The notes below the pieces were generated by a model, which was given only the letters and a program-made list of their open reading frames with translations, ran no database searches and was not told the DNA's origin. 64,000 nt of DNA from Nioella sp. (GTDB lineage: Bacteria > Pseudomonadota > Alphaproteobacteria > Rhodobacterales > Rhodobacteraceae): positions 517,963 to 581,962 of the forward strand of contig NZ_OZ244111.1 in assembly GCF_965215655.1 (NCBI RefSeq). The letters are read 5' to 3'. This document shows, piece by piece, positions 48,988 to 57,933 of the stretch. Positions within the stretch are counted from its first letter, which is position 1; every line of letters starts with the position of its first letter. The translations under genes were made by a program, and so were the position numbers.

Positions 48988-49110
48988 GTTCGCAGATAGC
49001 GGACTGCTTGAGAAGCGGGATTCGGTCCCGCTTTTTGAGTTCGAAGAGGGCCGGGGGAATGAGCCGCCGGTCGTCCTATCAACTCCAATAAGCCTGAAAG
49101 GGCGAATGAC
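48988..49110 (+). promoter_or_regulatory. structured rpsJ leader with terminator-like hairpin
   Basis: AAGCGGGA-TTCGG-TCCCGCTT plus TTT at 49013-49036. Confidence 0.55.
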
Positions 49111-49419
49111 ATGCAAAGTCAGAACATTCGTATCCGGCTCAAGGCGTTTGACTATCGTGTGCTGGATGCTTCCACGCAAGAGATCGTCAACACCGCCAAG
49201 CGGACCGGCGCGCAAGTTCGCGGACCGATCCCGCTGCCGAACAAGATCGAGAAATTCACGGTTCTCCGTGGCCCCCACGTCGACAAGAAAAGCCGTGACC
49301 AGTGGGAAATCCGGACCCACAAGCGTCTGCTCGACATCGTCGATCCGACCCCGCAGACCGTGGACGCGCTGATGAAGCTCGACCTCGCTGCCGGCGTCGA
49401 CGTTCAGATTTCGGTCTAA
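49111..49419 (+). CDS. rpsJ: 30S ribosomal protein S10
   Basis: [24 protein letters not shown]. Confidence 0.99.
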   Translation: MQSQNIRIRLKAFDYRVLDASTQEIVNTAKRTGAQVRGPIPLPNKIEKFTVLRGPHVDKKSRDQWEIRTHKRLLDIVDPTPQTVDALMKLDLAAGVDVQISV

Positions 49420-49432
49420 GGAGGGCAATCAG

Positions 49433-50158
49433 ATGCGCTCTGGATTGATCGCCAAGAAGGTGGGCATGACCCGCCTGTTCATGGAAGACGGCAAGCAGAT
49501 CCCTGTGACCGTTCTTCAACTCGACAACCTGCAGGTCGTGTCGCAGCGCACCTCCGAGAAGGATGGCTATTCTGCCGTTCAGCTCGGTGCGGGCACCCCG
49601 AAGGTCAAGCGTGTTTCCAAGGCCATGCGCGGCCACTTCGCCGGTAACGGCGTGGCCCCCAAGCGCAAGCTGGCAGAATTCCGCGTGACCCCGGACAACC
49701 TGATCGAAGTGGGCGCCGAGCTGTCGGCCGAACATTTCCTGGAAGGCCAGAAGGTCGACGTGTCCGGCACCTCGATCGGTAAAGGCTTCGCCGGTGCCAT
49801 GAAGCGGCACAACTTCGGTGGTCTGCGCGCCTCTCACGGTGTGTCGATCAGCCACCGTTCGCACGGCTCCACCGGTCAGTGTCAGGACCCGGGCCGCGTG
49901 TTCAAAGGCAAGAAGATGGCCGGCCACATGGGCGCCGTGCGCGTCACCACCCAGAACCTGGAAGTTGTCCGGACCGATGCAGACCGTGGTCTGATCATGG
50001 TCAAGGGCGCCGTTCCGGGGTCGAAGGGTGGCTGGGTCACCATCAAGGATGCCGTGAAGAAGAAACTGCCCGAGGGTGTTCCCTTCCCCGCCGCCGTGAA
50101 ATCGGCTGCCGTGGAAGAAGCCCCCGTTGAGGCTCCGGTTGAGGGAGCGGAAGAATGA
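49433..50158 (+). CDS. rplC: 50S ribosomal protein L3
   Basis: [38 protein letters not shown]. Confidence 0.99.
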   Translation: MRSGLIAKKVGMTRLFMEDGKQIPVTVLQLDNLQVVSQRTSEKDGYSAVQLGAGTPKVKRVSKAMRGHFAGNGVAPKRKLAEFRVTPDNLIEVGAELSAEHFLEGQKVDVSGTSIGKGFAGAMKRHNFGGLRASHGVSISHRSHGSTGQCQDPGRVFKGKKMAGHMGAVRVTTQNLEVVRTDADRGLIMVKGAVPGSKGGWVTIKDAVKKKLPEGVPFPAAVKSAAVEEAPVEAPVEGAEE

Positions 50159-50775
50159 AACTTGATGTAATCAAGCTCGATGGCGGTTCTGCCGGTACCG
50201 TGGATCTGGACGAAGCTCTCTTCGGTCTGGAACCCCGCGCCGACATCCTGCACCGCGTCGTTCGCTGGCAGCGTAACAACGCTCAGGCTGGCACCCACAA
50301 GGTGAAGACCCGGTCGGAAACCAGCTACTCGACCAAGAAGATCTACCGCCAGAAGGGCACCGGTGGCGCACGCCATGGTGACCGCAACGCGCCGATCTTC
50401 CGCAAGGGTGGTATCTACAAGGGTCCGACCCCGCGCAGCCACGGCCACGATCTGCCGAAGAAGTTCCGCAAGCTCGGCCTGCGTCACGCCCTGTCCGCCA
50501 AGGCGGCAGCGGGTGAGCTGGTCGTTCTGGACAGCATCGCACTCGACGCCCCCAAGACCTCGGCGCTTGCCAAGCAGGTCAAGGAACTGGGCTGGAAGCG
50601 CGCGCTGATCATCGACGGCGCATCCGTGGACGAAAACTTCGCCAAGGCCGCTCGCAACATCGAAGGTCTCGATGTGCTGCCGACCATGGGCGCAAACGTC
50701 TATGACATCCTCAAGCGTGACACGCTGGTGATCACCAAGGCGGGTGTTGAAGCACTGGAGGCTCGACTGAAATGA
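50155..50775 (+). CDS. rplD: 50S ribosomal protein L4
   Basis: [28 protein letters not shown]. Confidence 0.99.
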   Translation: MKLDVIKLDGGSAGTVDLDEALFGLEPRADILHRVVRWQRNNAQAGTHKVKTRSETSYSTKKIYRQKGTGGARHGDRNAPIFRKGGIYKGPTPRSHGHDLPKKFRKLGLRHALSAKAAAGELVVLDSIALDAPKTSALAKQVKELGWKRALIIDGASVDENFAKAARNIEGLDVLPTMGANVYDILKRDTLVITKAGVEALEARLK

Positions 50776-51068
50776 GCGCGAAGGCAGAACATTACGACGT
50801 GATCCGCAAGCCGGTCATCACCGAAAAGTCGACCATGGCGTCCGAAAACGGCGCGGTTGTTTTTGAGGTGGCGATCGACGCGAACAAACCCCAGATCAAA
50901 GAAGCGGTGGAAACCCTCTTTGGCGTAAAGGTGAAGGCGGTCAACACCACCATCACCAAGGGTAAAACCAAGCGGTTCCGCGGCCAGCTCGGCAAGCGGA
51001 AAGACGTGAAGAAGGCCTATGTGACCCTCGAAGAGGGCAACACGATCGACGTGTCGACCGGCCTCTGA
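50772..51068 (+). CDS. rplW: 50S ribosomal protein L23
   Basis: [30 protein letters not shown]. Confidence 0.99.
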   Translation: MSAKAEHYDVIRKPVITEKSTMASENGAVVFEVAIDANKPQIKEAVETLFGVKVKAVNTTITKGKTKRFRGQLGKRKDVKKAYVTLEEGNTIDVSTGL

Positions 51069-51092
51069 TCTTCGGGTCAATGTGATTGAGGG

Positions 51093-51128
51093 AACCCTCG
51101 GCGAGTGCCGGGGGTTTTCTTGTTTCTT
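51093..51128 (+). terminator. intrinsic terminator after rplW
   Basis: AACCCTCGGC-GAGT-GCCGGGGGTT followed by TTCTTGTTTCTT. Confidence 0.85.
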
Positions 51129-51172
51129 GGGTGTCCCATATGGTTTGGGGGATCGGAAGAAGGATTGTGAAC

Positions 51173-51664
51173 ATGGCGAGCGGGCAAGCCGAACTGCATT
51201 TCCTCTGCGGCAAGATCGCGGCAGGCAAATCGACGCTGTCCAAGGCACTGGCGGCGGAGCATCGCGCGGTGGTGCTGTCGGAGGATGAGTGGCTGCCGCT
51301 GCTCTATCCCGATGAGTTGCTGACGATCCCCGACTATGTGCGCTATTCGACCCGGTTGAAGAAAGTCGTGGGGCCGCTGGTGCGCGACCTGCTTGCGGCG
51401 GGGGTAAGTGTCGTGCTGGACTTCCCGGCCAACACGGTCGAACAGCGCCGCTGGATGAAGGAGCTGGCAGATAGCACCGGCGCGCCGCACACCCTGCATT
51501 ACCTCGACGTTCTGGATGAGGTCTGCAAGGCCCGGCTGAAGGCACGCAACGCGGGCGGCGAGCACCCGTTCGAGGTTACGGATGAACAGTTCGAACAGAT
51601 CACCAGCTACTTCGTGCCGCCGGGCGAGGGGGAAGGGTTCAGGATGGTTGTGCATGGATTGTAA
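51173..51664 (+). CDS. AAA_33 / predicted P-loop kinase
   Basis: Walker A CGKIAAGKST, SEDEW, VVLDFPANT..QRRW, CKARL..RN. Confidence 0.85.
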   Translation: MASGQAELHFLCGKIAAGKSTLSKALAAEHRAVVLSEDEWLPLLYPDELLTIPDYVRYSTRLKKVVGPLVRDLLAAGVSVVLDFPANTVEQRRWMKELADSTGAPHTLHYLDVLDEVCKARLKARNAGGEHPFEVTDEQFEQITSYFVPPGEGEGFRMVVHGL

Positions 51665-51708
51665 GATGGGCACTCCGCGCGGCGCGCTCCATTTGTCATC
51701 TACGGTGC

Positions 51709-51737
51709 TTGACCCCACCCCGCGAACCCCCTAAGAG
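51709..51737 (+). promoter_or_regulatory. putative internal rplB promoter
   Basis: TTGACC-17 bp-TAAGAG. Confidence 0.65.
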
Positions 51738-51743
51738 ACCCCA

Positions 51744-51881
51744 TCGGCAAGGCCCCGGATTCGTCCGGGGCTCTGCTTTTGTCCGAAAGGACATTCACGA
51801 CGGGCACCTACGGGGGCCTATAACATCAGGGTTTCGCGGCATCCGCCGCATGACCCGCACAGAAAACGGAAGACAGTAAAC
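51744..51881 (+). ncRNA. candidate ribosomal-protein leader RNA upstream of rplB
   Basis: Four hairpins with UUCG (51752-51771), GAAA (51780-51793), UACG (51803-51818) and a bulged stem (51829-51856). Confidence 0.6.
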
Positions 51882-52724
51882 ATGGCACTCAAGTCGTATA
51901 AGCCGACGACGCCGGGCCAGCGTGGGCTGGTTCTGATCGACCGTTCGGAGCTGTGGAAAGGACGTCCTGTCAAGGCCCTCACCGAGGGTCTGACCAAGTC
52001 GGGCGGCCGGAACAACACCGGACGGATCACGATGCGCCGCCGCGGCGGTGGGGCAAAGCGTCTCTATCGCATCGTCGATTTCAAGCGGAACAAGTTCGAC
52101 GTCACCGCGACCGTCGAGCGGATCGAATATGACCCCAACCGGACCGCGTTCATCGCCCTGGTCAAGTACGAAGACGGCGAGCAGGCCTATATCCTCGCGC
52201 CGCAGCGTCTTGGACTTGGCGACAAGGTGATCGCATCGGCCAAGGCCGACATCAAGCCCGGCAACGCGATGCCCTTCTCGGGCATGCCGATCGGGACGAT
52301 CGTCCACAACATCGAGCTGAAGCCCGGCAAGGGTGGCCAGATCGCACGCGCCGCGGGCACCTATGCCCAGTTCGTCGGCCGCGACGGTGGCTACGCCCAG
52401 ATCCGCCTGTCCTCGGGCGAGCTTCGCCTGGTGCGTCAGGAATGCATGGCCACCGTTGGTGCCGTGTCGAACCCGGACAACTCGAACCAGAACATCGGTA
52501 AGGCCGGTCGCAACCGCCACAAGGGCATCCGCCCCTCTGTGCGTGGTGTCGTGATGAACCCGGTCGATCACCCCCATGGTGGTGGTGAAGGCCGGACCTC
52601 TGGCGGCCGTCACCCGGTGACCCCCTGGGGCAAGCCGACCAAAGGGGCTCGTACCCGCAACAAGAACAAGGCGTCGCAAAAGCTCATCATCCGCTCGCGT
52701 CACGCCAAGAAGAAAGGACGCTGA
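51882..52724 (+). CDS. rplB: 50S ribosomal protein L2
   Basis: [36 protein letters not shown]. Confidence 0.99.
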   Translation: MALKSYKPTTPGQRGLVLIDRSELWKGRPVKALTEGLTKSGGRNNTGRITMRRRGGGAKRLYRIVDFKRNKFDVTATVERIEYDPNRTAFIALVKYEDGEQAYILAPQRLGLGDKVIASAKADIKPGNAMPFSGMPIGTIVHNIELKPGKGGQIARAAGTYAQFVGRDGGYAQIRLSSGELRLVRQECMATVGAVSNPDNSNQNIGKAGRNRHKGIRPSVRGVVMNPVDHPHGGGEGRTSGGRHPVTPWGKPTKGARTRNKNKASQKLIIRSRHAKKKGR

Positions 52725-52727
52725 TAG

Positions 52728-53006
52728 ATGTCGCGTTCCGTCTGGAAGGGCCCTTTTGTCGACTCTTACGTCCTCAAGAAGGCCGAAAAAGCCCGCGAGT
52801 CGGGCCGCAACGAGGTCATCAAGATCTGGTCGCGCCGTTCCACCATCCTGCCCCAGTTCGTGGGCCTTACCTTCGGCGTCTACAATGGCAAGAAGCACGT
52901 CCCGGTGAACGTCACCGAGGACATGATCGGCCAGAAGTTCGGTGAATACTCGCCGACGCGGACCTACTATGGTCACGCGGCCGACAAGAAAGCGAAGAGG
53001 AAGTAA
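52728..53006 (+). CDS. rpsS: 30S ribosomal protein S19
   Basis: [26 protein letters not shown]. Confidence 0.99.
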   Translation: MSRSVWKGPFVDSYVLKKAEKARESGRNEVIKIWSRRSTILPQFVGLTFGVYNGKKHVPVNVTEDMIGQKFGEYSPTRTYYGHAADKKAKRK

Positions 53007-53009
53007 GCC

Positions 53010-53390
53010 ATGGGCAAGGATAAGAATCCCCGCCGCGTGGCGGATAACGAGGCGATGGCAAAGCTGCGCATGCTGCGCACCAGCCCGCAGAAGCTGAACC
53101 TCGTTGCACAGATGATCCGCGGCAAATCCGTGGACAAGGCGCTGGCCGATCTGACCTTCTCGCAGAAGCGGATCGCACAGGACGTCAAGAAGTGCCTGCA
53201 ATCCGCAATCGCCAATGCCGAGAACAACCACAATCTCGACGTGGACGAACTGGTCGTTGCCGAAGCCTATGTCGGCAAGAACATGGTCATGAAGCGCGGT
53301 CGCCCGCGTGGCCGTGGCCGCTTTGGCCGGATCGTGAAGCCGTTTTCGGAACTCACCATCAAGGTGCGTCAAGTTGAGGAGCAAGCCTAA
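53010..53390 (+). CDS. rplV: 50S ribosomal protein L22
   Basis: [31 protein letters not shown]. Confidence 0.99.
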   Translation: MGKDKNPRRVADNEAMAKLRMLRTSPQKLNLVAQMIRGKSVDKALADLTFSQKRIAQDVKKCLQSAIANAENNHNLDVDELVVAEAYVGKNMVMKRGRPRGRGRFGRIVKPFSELTIKVRQVEEQA

Positions 53391-54112
53391 TGGGTCACAA
53401 GGTTAATCCGATCGGCATGCGCCTGCAGGTGAACCGCACCTGGGACAGCCGCTGGTACGCAGATACCAAGGACTACGGGAACCTCCTGCTGGAGGACATC
53501 AAGATCCGTGAGTTCATCCACGAAGAGTGCAAGCAGGCGGGCGTGTCCCGTGTGATCATCGAACGTCCGCACCGCAAGTGCCGCGTCACCGTTCACACCG
53601 CGCGGCCGGGCGTGATCATCGGCAAGAAAGGCGCCGATATCGAAACCCTGCGCAAGAAGCTCGCCTCGATGACCGCATCGGAACTGCACCTCAACATCGT
53701 CGAGGTCCGCAAGCCCGAGCTGGACGCTGCCCTGGTGGCGGAATCCATTGCGCAGCAGCTGGAACGTCGTGTGTCCTTCCGTCGTGCCATGAAGCGCGCC
53801 GTGCAGAACGCCATGCGCATGGGTGCCCTGGGCATCCGCGTGAACGTCGCCGGCCGTCTGGGTGGCGCAGAGATCGCGCGGACCGAATGGTACCGTGAGG
53901 GCCGTGTGCCGCTTCACACCCTGCGCGCCGACATCGATTATGCACATGCCGAGGCCTCCACGCCCTACGGCATCATCGGCATCAAGACCTGGATCTTCAA
54001 AGGCGAAATCATGGAGCACGATCCCGCTGCCCGTGACCGTCGCGCCGCTGAAGCCCAGGAAGGTGGCGGTCCGCGTCCTCAGGGCGGTGGCCGTGGCCGT
54101 CGTGATCGCTAA
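53390..54112 (+). CDS. rpsC: 30S ribosomal protein S3
   Basis: [41 protein letters not shown]. Confidence 0.99.
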   Translation: MGHKVNPIGMRLQVNRTWDSRWYADTKDYGNLLLEDIKIREFIHEECKQAGVSRVIIERPHRKCRVTVHTARPGVIIGKKGADIETLRKKLASMTASELHLNIVEVRKPELDAALVAESIAQQLERRVSFRRAMKRAVQNAMRMGALGIRVNVAGRLGGAEIARTEWYREGRVPLHTLRADIDYAHAEASTPYGIIGIKTWIFKGEIMEHDPAARDRRAAEAQEGGGPRPQGGGRGRRDR

Positions 54113-54125
54113 GGAGTAGAAGACA

Positions 54126-54539
54126 ATGCTGCAACCGAAGCGCACAAAATTCCGCAAACAGCACAAGGGCCGGATCCGCGGTGAAGCGAAGGGCGGGTCT
54201 GACCTGAACTTCGGCACCTACGGCCTGAAGGCACTGCAACCCGAACGGGTCACCGCCCGTCAGATCGAAGCCGCCCGTCGGGCCATGACGCGTCACATGA
54301 AGCGTCAGGGTCGTGTCTGGATCCGGATTTTCCCCGATCTGCCCGTGACCTCGAAGCCCGTCGAAGTTCGTATGGGTAAAGGTAAAGGTTCGGTCGATTA
54401 CTGGGCCTGCAAGGTCAAGCCCGGCCGGATCATGTTCGAGATCGACGGCGTGTCCGAGCCGATCGCCCGCGAGGCCCTGCGCCTGGCCGCTATGAAGCTG
54501 CCGATCAAGACCCGCACCGTGGTCCGCGAAGATTGGTAA
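54126..54539 (+). CDS. rplP: 50S ribosomal protein L16
   Basis: [28 protein letters not shown]. Confidence 0.99.
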   Translation: MLQPKRTKFRKQHKGRIRGEAKGGSDLNFGTYGLKALQPERVTARQIEAARRAMTRHMKRQGRVWIRIFPDLPVTSKPVEVRMGKGKGSVDYWACKVKPGRIMFEIDGVSEPIAREALRLAAMKLPIKTRTVVREDW

Positions 54540-54541
54540 TC

Positions 54542-54564
54542 GGTGGGCAAACTGCCCACCCTAC
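54542..54564 (-). repeat. GTAG-type REP element
   Basis: Minus strand GTAG-GGTGGGCA-GTT-TGCCCACC: GTAG tetranucleotide plus an 8-bp perfect stem. Confidence 0.7.
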
Positions 54565-54570
54565 GACATC

Positions 54571-54609
54571 AAAACCCCCGTCGAGCTGATCGGCGGGGGT
54601 TTTTCTTTT
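54571..54609. terminator. intrinsic terminator after rplP (likely bidirectional)
   Basis: AAAACCCCCGTCGA-5 nt-TCGGCGGGGGTTTT followed by TCTTTT. Confidence 0.88.
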
Positions 54610-54730
54610 GCTGCGATCCGGTTTGGGCGAGCCGTTTGACCCTGAGCGGGGCCAAGGCGGTTCGAACCGCCTTCCAACCCGATTGCGAAATCAGGTCAAA
54701 GCGCCTTCGAAGGCGCTTCCCCGCCCGGTC

Positions 54731-55516
54731 TTACCGGTCTCCGAACATATCCCCCAGGCCACCGAGAACCGATCCCTCGCCCTTGCTGCCACCGGGCATC
54801 GCGGCGCGCATGATGCGGTCGGCGAGGCGAGAGAAAGGCAGGCTTTGCAGCCAGACGGTGCCGGGGCCTTTCAGGGTCGCCAGGAAAAGCCCCTCGCCCC
54901 CGAAGACCATGGATTTCAGGTTCCCGGCCCGTTCGATGTCATATCCGACGCTTCCATCCATCGCCGCCAGACAGCCGGTATCGACCCGCAGGGTTTCGCC
55001 CGCCGCAAGCTCGCGCTTGATGACAGTGCCGCCCACATGGATGAAGGCCATCCCGTCGCCATTCAGGCGCTGAAGGATAAAGCCCTCGCCCCCAAAGAAC
55101 CCGACGCCCAGTTTCTTCTGAAAGGCGATGCCCGTGGTGGTGCCGAAAGCGGCGCAGAGGAAGGCGTCCTTCTGGCAGATCAGTTCGCCACCGATCTCGG
55201 CCATGTTGACCGGGATGATCTTGCCGGGATAGGGGGCGGCGAAGGCCACGCGCTTCTTGCCCTGACCGTTATTGGTGAAATGGGTGAGGAAGATGGATTC
55301 CCCTGTCAGCACTCGTTTGCCGACATTGAGCAGTGAGTTCATGATCCCGCCCGAGGGCCGCGCGCCATCGCCCATGCGGCTTTCGAAATCGATGCCGTCC
55401 TCAAGGTAGTTCATGGCACCCGCCTCGGCGATGACTTTCTCTCCGGGATCAAGCTCTACCTCGACGATCTGCATGTCGTCGCCGAAAAGCTCGTAGTCAA
55501 CCTCATGGCATTGCAT
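54731..55516 (-). CDS. TIGR00266 / AIM24 family protein
   Basis: [77 protein letters not shown]. Confidence 0.9.
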   Translation of the reverse strand: MQCHEVDYELFGDDMQIVEVELDPGEKVIAEAGAMNYLEDGIDFESRMGDGARPSGGIMNSLLNVGKRVLTGESIFLTHFTNNGQGKKRVAFAAPYPGKIIPVNMAEIGGELICQKDAFLCAAFGTTTGIAFQKKLGVGFFGGEGFILQRLNGDGMAFIHVGGTVIKRELAAGETLRVDTGCLAAMDGSVGYDIERAGNLKSMVFGGEGLFLATLKGPGTVWLQSLPFSRLADRIMRAAMPGGSKGEGSVLGGLGDMFGDR

Positions 55517-55707
55517 CGGAAATGTCCTTTCTGTTCTGGAGGCGTGAATCCCCGCCCAAATGACGCGTGTCCTAACAAGGGGAAAGATCGGGGTTCCGGG
55601 CACAACGGTCAAGAAGCTGCGCAGAAATCCTCTGGCGCAGCACACCTATAGGGAGAATCCCGAAACCGCGCTAAGCTCCACGTCATCCAACAACAGGGAG
55701 AACGGCA

Positions 55708-56523
55708 ATGTGCGATATCTGTGTGATGAACGCGGTGAAGGAACGGATGCTGTCCCGCCGCGGTTTCTTCAAGGCCACGGCTGGTGCGGGGGCCGCGGCG
55801 GCCATCGGGGCGTCAACGACGCTGCCTGCCATGGCCGCCGGGCACGGGGCGATTGAGGATCTGACCCATGCTCTGCATCACGACTTCCCGACCTGGGGCG
55901 GCGCGCCCGGCTTTGCCATGGAGCAGGAGTTCAATTTCTCCGAACACGGGTTCAACCTTTTCCAGCTGCATATCGCCGAACATACCGGCACCCATATCGA
56001 TGCGCCGCTGCATTTCTCGGCTGACGGGCTGTCGGTCGATGAAATCCCGGTGGGCAACCTGATCGCGCCGCTCTGCGTGATCGACATCGCCGCCCGCGCG
56101 GCGGAGGATGCGGATACGACCGTGACACCCGACGATCTGCGCGCCTGGATCGCGGCCAATGGCGACATCCCAGACAATGCCTGCGTGGCCATGTATTCGG
56201 GCTGGGGGGCCAAGGTGGACACTGACGGTTTCCGCAATTTCGATGGAGAGATGCAGCATTATCCCGGTTTTCATGTGGAAGCGGCGCAGATGCTGATGGA
56301 GGAGACCGGCGCAAGCTCCATCGCGGTGGATACTTTGTCGCTCGACCCTGGCAACTCGCAGGATTTCGCCACGCATTACGCCTGGCTGCCCTCGGGTCGT
56401 TTCGGGATCGAGAATATCGCCAATCTGGACCGGCTGCCCGCGTCCGGCGCGACGATCTTCATCGGCGCACCCAAGTTCCGGGGCGGCACCGGCGGACCTG
56501 CGCGTATCCTGGCGATGGTCTGA
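55708..56523 (+). CDS. Tat-exported cyclase / kynurenine formamidase-like metal hydrolase
   Basis: Twin-arginine SRRGFFK; EHTGTHIDAPLH metal motif; IENIANL; GGPARI. Confidence 0.9.
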   Translation: MCDICVMNAVKERMLSRRGFFKATAGAGAAAAIGASTTLPAMAAGHGAIEDLTHALHHDFPTWGGAPGFAMEQEFNFSEHGFNLFQLHIAEHTGTHIDAPLHFSADGLSVDEIPVGNLIAPLCVIDIAARAAEDADTTVTPDDLRAWIAANGDIPDNACVAMYSGWGAKVDTDGFRNFDGEMQHYPGFHVEAAQMLMEETGASSIAVDTLSLDPGNSQDFATHYAWLPSGRFGIENIANLDRLPASGATIFIGAPKFRGGTGGPARILAMV

Positions 56524-56561
56524 TCATGCTCCTGCGCGCCTGCTGGCCGGGCGCGCGGGGC

Positions 56562-57182
56562 TTACTCCCACCTATAGTTGAAACTGATCGAGATGCGTTC
56601 CTCCTCGGCCATGTTCATCGGTACCTCGTGGCGCAGCCAGCTTTCCCAAAGCAGCACGTCGCCGACATCGGGCTTGACGTAGATGAAGGTCTTCAGCTCC
56701 TCCCGCGCGCCTTTCTTTCGGGCCGGGGCGGCCATCATCCGGCCTGATCGCGGGTCTTCCAGTTTCAGCGCGCTGGCACCCTCGGGCATCGCCACATAGG
56801 TTGTGCCGGAAATGACCGAATGCGGGTGCAGGTGGCTGGAATGCATGCCGCCCTCGGGCAGGATGTTGATCCAGAGGTCCTCCAGCACCAGCTTGCGGCT
56901 GTCGAGGTCGAATTCCAGATCCTCGGCAAAGGCCGCCACATGCTGATCCAGCACCTTCACGAGGTCCGCGAAGATCGGAAAGCGCCAGGGCAGGTCAGTG
57001 AGCGAGGCGTAGGAGGTATAGCCGGGATAGCCGTTTGCCTCGCACCAGTCCTGCCCCGCCTCGTCATCCTCTGCGATCACGATGCAGGAATTGTCCAGCT
57101 CCTGCGGGTCGATTTCAGGGCCGAACTCCGACAGGCGGGCGCGGTATAGGCGGGTCACGAAGAGGGATGATATCTGGGCCAT
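56562..57182 (-). CDS. TIGR02466 family putative 2OG-Fe(II) oxygenase
   Basis: WINIL..GG.HSSHLHPHSVISGTTYV, G.VLLWESWLRHEV, RISISFN. Confidence 0.88.
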   Translation of the reverse strand: MAQISSLFVTRLYRARLSEFGPEIDPQELDNSCIVIAEDDEAGQDWCEANGYPGYTSYASLTDLPWRFPIFADLVKVLDQHVAAFAEDLEFDLDSRKLVLEDLWINILPEGGMHSSHLHPHSVISGTTYVAMPEGASALKLEDPRSGRMMAAPARKKGAREELKTFIYVKPDVGDVLLWESWLRHEVPMNMAEEERISISFNYRWE

Positions 57183-57260
57183 GCGCGTGCTATTACCCCA
57201 AGGCGCGCCGCCACGCGAGAGCCATCGCAGCCTTATGGTGCAGGTTTTTCAATCTAGCCC

Positions 57261-57289
57261 TTGCCCCCCAAGCCCAACCCCCCTATAGA
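57261..57289 (+). promoter_or_regulatory. putative rpmC/spc promoter
   Basis: TTGCCC-17 bp-TATAGA. Confidence 0.65.
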
Positions 57290-57407
57290 GCGGCATCGCA
57301 CGCTTCCCCGGGTTCGCCCGGGGATTCGTCGTTTGTCATTCATCCACCAGGTCAACGGGTGACCCATCACGGGGCTCGCTGGTGTTTTGAGAGAAGGAAA
57401 AAGGCGC

Positions 57408-57614
57408 ATGAACGCCACCGAACTGCGTGACAAGACCCCGGATCAGCTCCGGGAAGAGCTCGTCAATCTGAAGAAAGAATCGTTCAACCTGCGCTTTCAG
57501 CAGGCCACCGGCCAGCTGGAAAACACCGCGCGTATGCGCCAGGTCCGTCGCGACACTGCCCGCATCATGACGATCCTGAACGAAAAAGCAGCCGCCGCTG
57601 CGTCGGCCGAGTAA
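57408..57614 (+). CDS. rpmC: 50S ribosomal protein L29
   Basis: [33 protein letters not shown]. Confidence 0.98.
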   Translation: MNATELRDKTPDQLREELVNLKKESFNLRFQQATGQLENTARMRQVRRDTARIMTILNEKAAAAASAE

Positions 57615-57628
57615 GAGGAGCCTGATAG

Positions 57629-57859
57629 ATGCCCAAACGTATTCTGACCGGCACCGTTACGTCCGACAAGAACGACCAGACCGTCACCGTGTCTGTCGAG
57701 CGCCGCTTCAAGCACCCCGTGCTGCAGAAGACCATCCGTAAGTCCAAGAAGTACCGGGCTCACGATGCCAACAACACTTTCAAAACCGGCGACACCGTCC
57801 GTATCCAGGAATGTGCACCGGTTTCGAAGTCGAAACGCTGGGAAGTGATCGCGAACTAA
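57629..57859 (+). CDS. rpsQ: 30S ribosomal protein S17
   Basis: [39 protein letters not shown]. Confidence 0.99.
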   Translation: MPKRILTGTVTSDKNDQTVTVSVERRFKHPVLQKTIRKSKKYRAHDANNTFKTGDTVRIQECAPVSKSKRWEVIAN

Positions 57860-57933
57860 GCGATCCCGTTCCAGATTGAACGAAACCCTGGGGGAACAAA
57901 CAAGACCAGCCCCCACAGGTCGGGAGAAACCAC

